This document shows positions 39,620-51,607 of a stretch of 64,000 nt of DNA, piece after piece. The notes beneath the pieces were generated by a model, which made no database searches, was not told the origin of the DNA, and worked only from the letters and a program-made list of their open reading frames with translations. The stretch is from Leucoraja ocellata. Taxonomy: Eukaryota. The translations under genes and the position numbers were made by a program. The stretch spans positions 186,001 through 250,000 of the forward strand of contig JAWMAR010001461.1 in assembly GCA_036785375.1 (NCBI GenBank), in the 5' to 3' direction. Position 1 is the first letter of the stretch; each line of letters starts with the position of its first letter.

Positions 39620-39880
39620 AGGTAGCACAGTTGTAGAGTTGATGTCTGGCAGTAGCAGTGACCTGGGTTTGACCCTGATCTCTGGTGCTGTCTGCACAGA
39701 GTTTGTATGCTCTATCTGTGACCACAGACATTTCCTCTGGATGTTTGCTTTCCTCCCACATACCAAAGATGAGCAGGTTTGTAAGTTAGTCGGCTTCTGT
39801 AAATTGTCCCTAGTGTAGGTTAGGTATGGGTGATTGCTGGTCAGCATGGACTAAGTGAACCACTGAATGGGCTGGATTAA
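39620..39880 (+). mobile_element. tRNA-derived V-SINE (HE1-like), degraded
   Basis: tRNA-like head followed by V-domain-like gagtttgtatgctct..tttcctctgg..tttcctcccacataccaaagat. Confidence 0.65.
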
Positions 39881-40729
39881 TACATTGTAATTGGATTAAA
39901 ATTAAGGCCATGAATATTACACTATAACTTTAGCACTAATTTAACCAGGGAATATAACTAGGTCTAAACAGTGCTGGAGGTACTCAGTGGGTCAGGCACC
40001 ATCTGTCTGACACAAAGTGGATGGACAGACATTTTGGGTCAGGAACCTTCTTCAGACTGATGGAATAGGTCAGAGAAAGTGGGGAGAGAGAAGGGAGCAG
40101 GACAAAGCCAGGCGAGTGACAGGTGAATACAGGTGAGGGGGTGGTTGGCAGATGGATGGAGTAGTGACAGAGGCTGGAGGTGAAAAGGACATAAAGGTTG
40201 TCAGATAAGGAGATGAGAGCATTGAAATGTAAAGCCAGAGGGATGGATATGGGTGCAAGGGGAAGGAGGAAAATATAAGATTCAGGAATGAGAGATGAGC
40301 GTACAGAAGGGTAGGAGCAGTGACTGAGGTTGTTGGGGAAGTGTGGACACCAGGGTGGGGGTGTAGGGTAAGATGGGAGTTTCCATCAGTATACTCATCT
40401 CCCTCTCAAAGTGCCACATTTCCCTTTTACCCCCTTCAGCCCCACCCTGTCCCATTACACCTGTCTATCTCCATCAAGCTTTACATTTCACACCTCCTCG
40501 CCTTCTGAAACATTCTTACCTCTCAATCTCCAGCCGTTGTCACTTACTCCACGATCAACCCCTCACCTTATCCACCCATCACTTGCTAAGCATTACCTCA
40601 CCTTACCTCACTTTCCCAGCTTTCCCCCACTCCAGTCTGAAGGATTACAAACAGATACATCTATCCATTTGCTCCACAGATGCTGCCTGGCCCACCAAGT
40701 TCCTCCAGCTCTAAAAATTCACTTTTAAA

Positions 40730-41390
40730 ACAGCCAAAGAACATTTTAAATATTTGGGAATTGAAATCAATAGAAAATATCAAGCTATGTATAACGCTAA
40801 TTATAGTCCCTTACTTAAGAAATTAAATACTTTAATTAAATTCTGGAAAACGCTTCCTATGTCTTTAATAGGTCGAATAAATGCTATAAAATTATCTTTA
40901 TTCCACAGATTCTATACCTATTTCAATCAATCCCTATATATCTACCAAAAAATTTTTTTTTTAAACTGGACTCGGACATTATAACATTTTATATGGGACT
41001 ATAAATCCCACAGAATACTAATAACTCACTTGAGCAAAACTAAAGAATTGGGTGGTTTAACACTTCCTAAATGTATGTACTATTACTGGGCAGTAAATGT
41101 CAAAAATATGATCCACCTGATGGACAATTCTGCCCAGCAAGTGGATTGGATTATAATGGAGTGAGGACTGCTCCCCTTGTAATATTGGAGTGACTCTCCT
41201 CTCACCAATCAACTTGAATAACACTAATTATAATAAAAATCCAATTATACACAGTACAATTAGAACCTGGAAACAAATAAAACATAACCTAACATTAAGA
41301 AATCTATCTCTGTTATCTCCAATAGTTAATAACCCACCGTTTAAACCCTCTATTATAGATAAATCATTTACACAATGGGACAGAATAGGA
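40730..41390 (+). mobile_element. L1/Tx1-clade ORF2 C-terminal fragment
   Basis: FKYLGI..WKTLPMSLIGRINAIK..LYLFQSIP..GGLTLP..YYWA. Confidence 0.8.
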
Positions 41391-44300
41391 ATTTTACTTC
41401 GGAGTCACGTGAGTGACCACGTGAAGATGGCCGTCCAGGCGCATGCTGGTCATCTCGTCAGACGCATTGCGCTGCCACCGCAGTAGGAGGTGTGGAACCT
41501 CTAAGCGGTGAGTGAAGGAAAACATGGACGTAAGTCTTTTCTACTTCTACTTTCAGGCTGCTTTTCTTCAGAGACTGCGTGCAGAGACACAGGCAAGTCT
41601 TATGTATGGAGAAAGGTGGGAGGAAGAATAGTAAGCGCACCGCAGTAAGCACTCAATAAGACCAAGTGTCTGAGAGTAGCGGGCGCCCGACTAAAAAGTC
41701 GATTGTAAAAAAATTACTATTTTACACGGGAGGGGAAAAGTCCCATTGAAACTTCCATAGGGAGCAAGGGCATGAAGAAATAACAGACCTGGAAGACTAT
41801 GAGGAGTCTGAACTATAGAATTTATCAACTGGAATTCCTCATGGGTAAAACAAACTCCAGAAGGAGTATAAAAGACGCGGCTTAAAGAGGAACCGCATGG
41901 AACACCCAGAAGAGGTTCTGGGAAACGTTGGCCCAGATTTGAGCCAGCGACCGAAATGCCTGATGATAAAGATGAATATATGGGCTGACCTGACACGGAG
42001 GCAGCACCAGAAATGTCTGAAAGACAATACAGGCGTTGGTCTACAGGAGACACAGAATATGGAGCAGCACCCAAAAGTGGGCTGCCAATATACAGCTCAA
42101 ATGAAGAGCTTGATGTAGCCAAAGAGGGACAAAAAAGCGTCGGCCTATATTAGAGCCATCGCATGAAATACCTGATGATGAATATCCAAGTGAAACCCAT
42201 TATGAGGAGGAATATCCAGAATACTCTGATAATGAACCAGTTGAGGGCCAGAACCCAAAGCAAAAAAGAAAAATGCCAGTGCTGGTCCAAAAGTTCTATA
42301 GTCCCAGACACAAGGGACAACCTCTTCCAGAGGAAATAGCAGAGAGTATAAATTACCTGCTTTCCCATCAATCACAAGATGCAACAATGGATGAAGTTAT
42401 GAACAAATATGAAATCCCGCAGACCTGTGCTCTGCTTGGAGTGCCAGCTGTTAACAAAGAAGTGTGGAAGTATATGGGCATTGTAGTAAGAGCTCAAGAA
42501 ATGAGATTCCAGCGGGAATTAAGATTGATTGGGTCAAATATTATGGCATTTGTCAAAGATCTGGAAGAAGGAAATGTGACAATGGTACAACAAGATGTAA
42601 TGGGAATGATGTGTAATGCACATTTTGAAATAAACTGTATTTGTAAAACTGCGTTAAGACCTAACATACATCCTAAGTTTGCAGGGCTCTGTAAACCATC
42701 TAATATACAATTGCCAAATGTACTCTTTGGAGAAGAGCTTGCCAAATAACTAAAGGTTCTCAACGAAGAATCAAAAACCATCGGGATGATGAAACCACCG
42801 ATGTTTGCAGCACAGCTAGAAGGCAATATCCATACCGAAGGGGAACTGGTGATTGAACAAGTCGCTCGGACTCACATACAAGATATGGACATACAACCCC
42901 AGGATGTGGAGGTCATGGTATTTCCACAAGGGGCAATGCACACAAAGTGACACCAGTAAACTCTGAGGTAGGTGGCTCTGGTTCTGAAAGAAACATATCA
43001 GATGTATCCTACTTACAAGTTGGGGGTAGGTTACAATTATTTTTAAAAGAATGGAAACTAATAACATCTGATGCATATATACTGTGCAGAATTATGGGGT
43101 TTAGAATTTAATTTTACCAGAATTAAAATCCACCTACACAACATATTACAAAAATAATATATTCCTGCTCTAAAGAAGAGATGAGAAGAATTAAAATAGA
43201 AATTGAGATTTGGAGTAAAAAAGGGGTAATAGAGAAAACAACTTATCAAAACCATCACTTTGTATCTAGTATTTTCTCTAGAACAAAAAAGGATTGGGGG
43301 TACTAGAATCATTTTGGACCTCACAAGTCTTAACTCTTTTGTGCAGTATAAACATTTCAAAATGGAGACTTGTACTAATTTTTTGCAATTAATTTCAACA
43401 GAATGCTATATGGCAAGCATTGATCTCCAAGATGCACATAATTCTGTTGTGGTGCATGTGCAACATCGCAGATATTTGAAATGTGTCTGGATGTCTCAAA
43501 TGTGGCAGTTTAAAGCCCCAGATTGTTTACAACACTGTTGAAGTCAATTTTAGCATTGTTAAGAACTCAAGGCCATTTGATAATGGCTTATTTGGATGAC
43601 ATTTTAATTGTGGGAGATACTGAAGCCATGACAGCAGCTTCTGTTTTAAAAAGTAAACCTCACATTTCAAAGAATGGGATTTGTCATTCATTCAGAGATA
43701 TCCAGACTGACACCTAACAAAATAATTGATTACTTGGGGTTCACCATTAATTCAGAACACAAGACAGTGAGCTTACCCAAGGACAAAAAGTTGCAAGTGA
43801 TTAAGGGTTGTAAGGAGATAATTGCAGGCAAACAACCACCAATCAGTCAAGTAGCAAATCTAATTCGCAAGTTAATTGCTTCATTTCCAGCTGTTCAGTT
43901 TGGACCACTGCATTATCAGACAGCTGCAGTGCGCAAAGATATCAGTATTGGGAAGACATGTTGGACGTTACAATAGGCCTATACAACTAACTAACACAGC
44001 AATTGAGGATATAAAATGGTGGATTAAACATGTGGATTACTCTTACAGGAAAATTCTGAATGAATCACACCCTACCATTTTATAAACAGATGCAAGTGCA
44101 CTGGAATGGGGAGCTGCGGATGCCATCTCAAGCTGTGGAGGTAGATGGAATGCAGAGGAAGAACCTTTGCTCGAGACATATGGCATAAATTATCTTTAAT
44201 TACTAAGTGTATTGGTTCACGAAGCACGTCGATTTAAAAGTACTGATGTTCGAGGTGCACAATTTGCGGGTGAATTTGTTGATGTGAATCGGTGTACTGG

Positions 44301-44560
44301 TTCACGATGCCCGTCGATTTGCTACGGGTCCAGTCATTGCTACACTGGATAGAATGATTATATCTGTGGGCTATAATAACATGTTTTGTTATGATTAGTC
44401 AAGCAGAGTAGACAGGGACACAGACCAAACTAGATGTTGCATATCCCATGGACCTTGGGTTGCGTGTGATCATGCATCTACACCAGTATGTCAAGGTCCC
44501 TAAGAGCATCATAGACTCTGACTAGCAATATTGTTAGTTACATTAAACCTCGTTAGAAGG
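41391..44560 (+). mobile_element. DIRS-like tyrosine-recombinase retrotransposon A (decayed)
   Basis: gag-like 42273-42749; RT RIILDLTSLNSFVQYKHFKME, MASIDLQDA, AYLDDIL; RNase H TDASALEWGA at ~44086; YR-like remnant at ~44340-44560. Confidence 0.8.
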
Positions 44561-44599
44561 AATCACTACGAACGTTCAGCAGTACGCCAATCCTCGGGG

Positions 44600-46358
44600 A
44601 CTATTCCCGTAGCTCCAGATGGACTATTCCCGTACGGTTTGGGGCATGCTGCATGGGTGGCAGTGAGCCAGCAAATTCTATTTGGAACCCATCTATACTG
44701 TGCAGTCTAAACAAGTCAGATGTTACCCACCACCACTCATGCAAAAAGAAACGTAACCTCCCACCAACATGCGTTAGACCCACAACCCAAATGTTACATA
44801 GTGAACCAGACCCACCTACCTCTGTGTTAGTTGGATTCTGGATCGTTATTTCCTTCCCCGATGTTTGGGGATTTGAGGTGCTGGTATGCACCAGCTGCGC
44901 ATCTTGGCTGTCGGCCGGTTCGGGCCATGTCCTAATAAAGACTTCCTGCCGGTTCTTTCAGTCCTCGAGCTGAAGGTGGTTCCCACAGACAGTCTAGTGC
45001 TGGTCGAGGCATACGGGTGCTGGCGTTGAAACGATGACTGTCTGTTTGCTGGTGGAGTCCAAAGTAGCCCCACAGCCTTCGACTCGTTGTCCTGATCCTT
45101 CACCTGCCTGGATAGGTCTTCTCCAAACATTAAATAGGGCGGCTGCACATTACTGGACTTGTACAACCCTGCAAACTTGGGGTTGAGAACAGGACGAATG
45201 GCATTCTTGCAAAAGCAATTCATTTCAAATTGTGCATTACACAACAATGCCATTGCGTCCCGTTGAGCCTCAGATAATGCACAGCGGTCCACCGACCTGG
45301 CCACTGCTGTCCACCGACCTGGCCACTGCTGTCCACCGACCTGGCCACTGCTGTCCACCGACCTGGCCACAGCTGTCCACCGACCTGGCCACTGCTGTCC
45401 ACCGACCTGGCCACTGCTGTCCACCGACCTGGCCACTGCTGTCCACCCCGATGCCAGCAGATTCAGGATTCTCTGTAATTTGACCTCTTGGGCCAATGTA
45501 GCTCCAGATGGAACTGTTCACCACTGGTACCTTGAGGGAGGCACAGTTGCTGGGCGCATGGTACCTCATGGCTGTCTCCATCATCACCTGCTGTTGAAGC
45601 TGGTGGCAAGCAATGTAATTAATGCTGGCCGCCAGCTCTTCATCCAGCGGCTCCCCAACCAGCGACGACATTGCGAACTTGGAGACCATGGTTGGCACAT
45701 GCACATCTCGCGGGTCCCTTATCGAACGTTCTCCCCGCATCTCAGTGCAATGCGAGTCCGCCCAGGACTGGTGGTCTACACTCCCATCCTTGGATGGGGA
45801 GACATAATGCAGCCCTGCACCAGGCGCTGCTGTGGGCCCCCGAGATCCGCTGTGATATGACTCCCGACCGAGGAGCATATCATGTTGGAGTATCTTCTCC
45901 ATAAGATGCTCCACTCGGGAAAGGCGTCCGACAATGCTCCCCGTAGGAGGAGGCGAACCCTCCCGGCCGGACTCATCGAGTCAACCGGCCTGTTGGACTT
46001 GTCCTTCCCGACCCACAGGGTAGCCACATTGCTCTCCATGGGCACCGAGCCCGAAGTCGCTGGCTGTGCTGTCAGCGACCGCGATGGTGAAACGGAATGC
46101 CGCCCGCTGACCGCACTACTGCGGTTCTCCTTGCGAGACTTCACCCTCGCCTTATCCATGATGTTCTTGCTGTAACAAGACAGAAGACAAAACGACCGCA
46201 GACTAAGTTCAAGAACTTACCTGGAGGTCTTTTGAAACTTATCGCTGGTGAAGCGACGCGCTTGCCAGCCAGTCAGAGCGCCATGCGTTAGACAGAATGA
46301 CGTGCATGCGGGCTGACGGGGTCTTCACGTATTCATTCACGTGACCCCAAAGTAAAAT
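44600..46358 (-). mobile_element. DIRS-like element B, 5' part (gag plus RT start)
   Basis: gag homologous to A (LCNAQFEMNCFCKNAIRPVLNPKFAGL); RT start VGGRLRFFLHEW; terminus similar to 41391. Confidence 0.8.
45287..45447. repeat. 22-bp tandem repeat x7.3 inside DIRS gag
   Basis: GTCCACCGACCTGGCCACTGCT units, one variant. Confidence 0.93.
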
Positions 46359-46359
46359 G

Positions 46360-47155
46360 AGGATAAATATGAGATTATCCACTTTGGTAGCAAAAACAGG
46401 AAGGCAGATTATTATCTAAATGTTATCAAGTTGGGAAAAGGGGAAGTACAACGGGATCCGGGGATCCTTGTTCATCAGCCAATGAAAGTAAGCATGCAGG
46501 TACAGCAGGCAGTGAAGAAAGCGAATGGCATGTTGGCCTTCATAACAAGAGGAGTTGAGTATAGGAGCAAACAGGTCCTTCTGCAGTTGTACAGAGCCCT
46601 AGTCAGACACTACCTGGAGTATTGTGTGCAGTTTTGGTCCCCTGATTTGAGGAAGGACATTCTTGCTATTGAGGGAGTGCAGCATAGATTTACAAGGTTA
46701 ATTCCCGGGATGGTGCTGTGATACATTGAGAGAATGGAGCAGCTGGGCTTGTACACTCTGGAATTTAGAAGGATGAGAGGGTATCTTATTGAAACCCTGA
46801 ATAATCTTATTAGATTATTACAGGTTTGGACACGTGAGAGGCAGGAAACATGTTCCCGATGTTGGAGGAGTCCAGAACCAGGGGCCACAGTTTAAGAATA
46901 AGGGGTAAGCCATTTAGAACGGAGATGAGGAAACACTTTTTCACACAGAGAGTTGTGAGTCTGTGGAATTCTCTGACTCAGTGGGCAATGGAGGCCGATT
47001 ATCTGGATGTTTTTAAGAGAGAGCTTGATAGGGCTCTTAAAGATAGTGGTCGGGTGATTTGGGGAGAAGGCAGGAACTGATTGGGGATGATCAGACATGA
47101 TCACATTGAACGGCGGTGCTGGCTTCAGGGCCGAATGGCCTACTCCTGCACCTAT
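46360..47155 (+). mobile_element. Degraded CR1 3' part
   Basis: ORFs 46431-46721 and 46850-47080, plus 3' UTR. Confidence 0.85.
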
Positions 47156-47718
47156 TGTCTATTGTGTCCATTTATTCCACAGATGATGCCTGACCCACCA
47201 ATTACTCCAGCACTGTTGTTCCTGATATAGTGGTGGTCAGAGGATCTGGGGTGACGGAGGAACTTCAGACTGAGAGATCTGGAAAGATGTGGGAGCAGGA
47301 CAAAAGCTGGCAAGTGATGTGGATAGACACAAATGCTGGAGTAATTCACTGAGACGGGCAGCATCTTGGGAGAGAAGGAATGGGTGATGTTTCAGGTAGA
47401 GGCTGTCCTTCAGACAACAAATACAAGCAATTGGCACTTGGTGGAGCAATGACAAAGGCGAGAGGTGAAGAGGAGACAAAAGGTTTAGATGAGGAGAGAG
47501 AGAGATGTGAAGCTGGAGGGCGGGATATGGGTCGAAGGGTAAAGAGGCAAAGATGAAGGTCAGGGATGGGAGATGAGTGTGGAAAGAAGGGAAGGTGCAG
47601 GGTGAATGGGTGATGCGGGGAAAGGGAGAGTCCTCAGTACATTCATCCCTTTTCCCCATCCTATCCCATTGCACTCATATTCCTTCTACCAGGTTTACAG
47701 TTCAGACCTTGCTTTCTC

Positions 47719-47795
47719 CTTCTGAGATGTTCATAATCTTCTGAGATGTTCATAACCTTCTGAGATGTTCATAATCCTTCTGAGATGTTCATAAA
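47719..47795. repeat. ~19-bp tandem repeat x4 (CTTCTGAGATGTTCATAA)
   Basis: Direct repeats visible in the sequence. Confidence 0.85.
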
Positions 47796-48926
47796 TCATA
47801 GCGGCGACGACAGAGGGTTCATGGCCCCGACCACGGATAAACAAAGGAGGAGGACTGACTGAACCTTGTTGCCTTTCGCCACAGTGAAGAATGCTGTGCT
47901 GGATGTTTTGTGTTAAATTCTATTGTGTATTGTGTGTTCTTTTTAAGTGTATCGCTGCTGGCAAATTTATTTCACTGCACCTTTGGGTGCATGTAACGAA
48001 TACAATTGACTTTGACTTTTACACCTTTAGCCTTTGTCACTTACTGATTCAATTATTTTTTGTCACATGTACCATGTGAAACAATGAAATGCTTTGTTTT
48101 CCATACAACCTGGTAAAATCACGTGGCTGACCTCACCTGGGCAGTACACGATGTTTTGGTGTTCCACCCATCTGGCAATTTCCTCTCCCCCCCCCCCCCC
48201 CACCTGCATCCAGCCATCACTTGCTAGACTATTGCCCCACCTCACTTTCCCAGCTTTCTCCCTTTACTCCATCAAGCTGAAGGCTTCTGACCTGATACTT
48301 CATTGGTCCATTCCTTCCAGATGTTGCCTGACCCACTGGTTTACTCCAGCAGACTTTTTTCTCCCTCAAGATTCCAGCACCGTGAATTCTAGTATTTTAA
48401 ACCAAGAATAATCAGGAAAATACTTTCTCCTCCAAACATTTATTGGTCTGAAACCAGAGGTGGTTCTAAACAGGTCCTTACCTGCATCCCATCTCCATAC
48501 AGTTCAGGTCCTGACAGATTGACAAAGTCAGACAATTCAAATTAATACACCACTAATGATTCAAAATCTCCCACCATCTTCATCCCACCCTTAATCTCAC
48601 AGCAATACTTTTAACGACAAGGATTTGAAGGGCCTGAGCTCAGGGCAAGGTTGGGCAGGCAAAGATGAGGCAGAAACGGGGCAAGAGAGAGGGTGTCCGT
48701 GCTAGGCTGAGAGATAATGCTAGCTGGCCGGCCAGCTTTCCCATCTATCCTACTCTCCAACGTCCGCTTCCTGGAAAACAAACTGGACAACATCCAACTT
48801 CAGAGGAGTACACAGCGAGCGACTAGGGACTGCTGTGTCTGTGTTTTACTGAGATCGAGTCCCGGACGTGGCCATTCAGCTAGCCGGGCTAGTCTCGCAC
48901 CTAGCCGACAGAGAACCATCACAGGT

Positions 48927-49597
48927 ACACAAAAATGCTGGAGAAACTCAGCGGGTGCAGCAGCATCTATGGAGTGAAGGAAATAGGCGACGTTTCAGGC
49001 TGAAACCCTTCTTCAGACTGATGGGGGGTGGGGGGGAGAAGGAAGGAAAAAGGGAGGAGGAGGAGCCCGAGGGTGGGGGGATGGGAGGAGACAGCTCGAG
49101 GGTTAAAGAACGGGAGGAGACAGCAAGGGCTAGCAAAACTGGGAGAATTCAACGTTCATGCCATCCGGACGCAAGGTCTCCAGGCGGAATATGAGGTGCT
49201 GTTCCTCCAATTTCCGGTGTTGCTCACTCTGGCAATGGAGGAGACCCAGGACGGAGAGGTCGGATTGGGAATGGGAGGGGGAGTTGAAGTGCTGAGCCAC
49301 CGGGAGGTCAGGTAGGTTATTGCGGACTGAGCGGAGGTGTTCTGCGAAATGATCGCCCAACCTCTGCTTAGTCTCCCCGATGTAGATCAGCTGACATCTA
49401 GAGCAGCGGATACAGTAGATGAGGTTGGAGGAGATACAGGTGAACCTTTGTCGCACCTGGAACGACTGCTTGGGTCCTTGAATGGAGTCGAGGGGGGAGG
49501 TGAAGGGACAGGTGTTGCATTTCTTGCGGTTGCAACGGAAAGTGCCCGGGGAGGGGGTGGTGCGGGAGGGAAGGGAAGAATTGACAAGGGAGTTGCG
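48927..49597 (-). mobile_element. Penelope-like element 3' part with GIY-YIG endonuclease and terminal repeat
   Basis: ORF 49130-49456: FTCISSNLIYCIRCSRCQLIYIGETKQRLGDHFAEH..HF..RKLEEQHLIFRLETLRPDGMN. Confidence 0.88.
48989..49016 (-). ncRNA. Minimal hammerhead-ribozyme-like core in the Penelope terminal repeat (probably degenerate)
   Basis: CTGAAGA-AGGGTTTCAGCCT-GAAAC-GTC on the minus strand. Confidence 0.5.
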
Positions 49598-50642
49598 CGG
49601 TAAGTCTCGAGGTGGTGGCCTGTGTGTTTACATCAACACTGACTGGTGCAACAACTCTGTCTTAGTCTCCAAGTTCTGTTCATTGCTGGTGGAGAATGCG
49701 ATTGTGAGATGTAGACCTTTTTATTTGCCACGGGAGTTTATCACAGTGCTCATTGTTGCTGTTCACATCCCCCCCAGTGCTAATGCTAAGGAAACACTAG
49801 CGGTACTGTACTGTATGGAGCTTTATGCAATCTACAAAACACACACCCAGAAGGACTGTTTATTGCCGTAGGAGATTGTAACCGTGCAAATCTCAAAACT
49901 GTGCTTCCTAAATGTTACCAACATGTGGACTTTGCAACGAGGGGGGAGAATGTGCTAGATCTTGTTTACACCAATATGCCCAGCGCGTACAGGGTGTAGT
50001 CACGCCCCCATCTCGGATACTCAGACCACATCTCTGTCATGCTGATCCCAGCATACAGACTGCTTGTCAGATGCTCCAGACCAGCTAAAAAACAGGTGAA
50101 GACCTGGCCAGCAGGAGCCATCTCTGCTCTCCAGGACTGCATTGACTGGCACATGTTTAGGGAGGCAGCAACCACCGGCGGCACCACTGGCTTGGAGGAG
50201 TACACGGCATCAGTGACTGGTTACATCAGTAAGTACATTGATGACATTACTGTCACTGAGCTCATCACCACACGTCCCCAACAGTAAACCATGGATGACT
50301 GCAGAGGTACGTGCGCTGCTGAGAGCCCGAGACACGGCCTTCAGAGCAGGCGATAAGGAGGCCCTGAGAACAGCGAGGGACAAACTGTCCCGGGCCATCA
50401 GGGAAGCAAAGCGAGCGCATGCAAGGAAAATCCACGGCCACTTCAGTGACAGCAGGGACACACTGAAGCTGTGGCAAGGCATCCAAGCCATCACCAATTT
50501 CAGGACATCAACACCAGCCTGTGACAGCGATGTATCTCTGCCTGATGCGCTGAACATGTTCTACACCCGGTTTGAAGCACAGAACGACGTGGTGGCGAGG
50601 AAGACCACAACCCCCCCCCCCCCCCCCCTGCGACCAGGTGGC

Positions 50643-51607
50643 TATAGAAGCATAGAAGCATAGAGACATAGAAACATAGACACATAGACACATAGACACA
50701 TAGAGACATAGTGACATAGAGACATAGACACATAGAGACATAGACACATAGAGACATAGAGACATAGACACATAGACACATAGACACATAGACACATAGA
50801 CACATAGACACATAGACACATAGAGACATAGGCAAATAGACACATAGACACATAGAGACATAGAGACATAGACACATAGACACATAGAGACATAGAAACA
50901 TAGACACATAGACACATAGAGACATAGAGACATAGACACATAGACACATAGAGACATAGTGACATAGAGACATAGACACATAGAGACATAGACACATAGA
51001 CACATAGAGACATAGACACATAGACACATAGACACATAGAGACATAGAGACATAGAGATATAGACACATAGACACATAGAGACATAGAGACATAGAGATA
51101 TAGACACATAGACACATAGAGACATAGACACATAGACACATAGAGACATAGACACATAGACACATAGAGACATAGAGACATAGAGATATAGACACATAGA
51201 CACATAGAGACATAGACACATAGACACATAGACACATAGAGACATAGAAACATAGACACATAGACACATAGAGACATAGATACATAGACACATAGACACA
51301 TAGACACATAGACATATAGAGACATAGAAACATAGACACATAGAGACATAGAGACATAGAGACATATACACATAGAGACATAGACACATAGAGACATAGA
51401 GACATAGACACATAGACACATAGAGACATAGAGGCATAGACACATAGACCCATAGACACATAGACCCATAGACACATAGACACATAGACACATAGACACA
51501 TAGAGACATAGGGACATAGAGACATAGACACACAGACACATAGACACATAGACACATAGAGACATAGAAACATAGAGACATAGAGACATAGACACATAGA
51601 CACATAG
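50643..51607. repeat. 8-bp satellite array (~1 kb)
   Basis: ACATAGAN repeats abutting the CR1 3' end at 51608. Confidence 0.95.

Larger units (their letters stand above)
48600..50620 (+). mobile_element. Rex1/Babar-like LINE 5' half (EN region), interrupted by Penelope and cut off at the satellite
   Basis: [49 protein letters not shown]. Confidence 0.85.
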
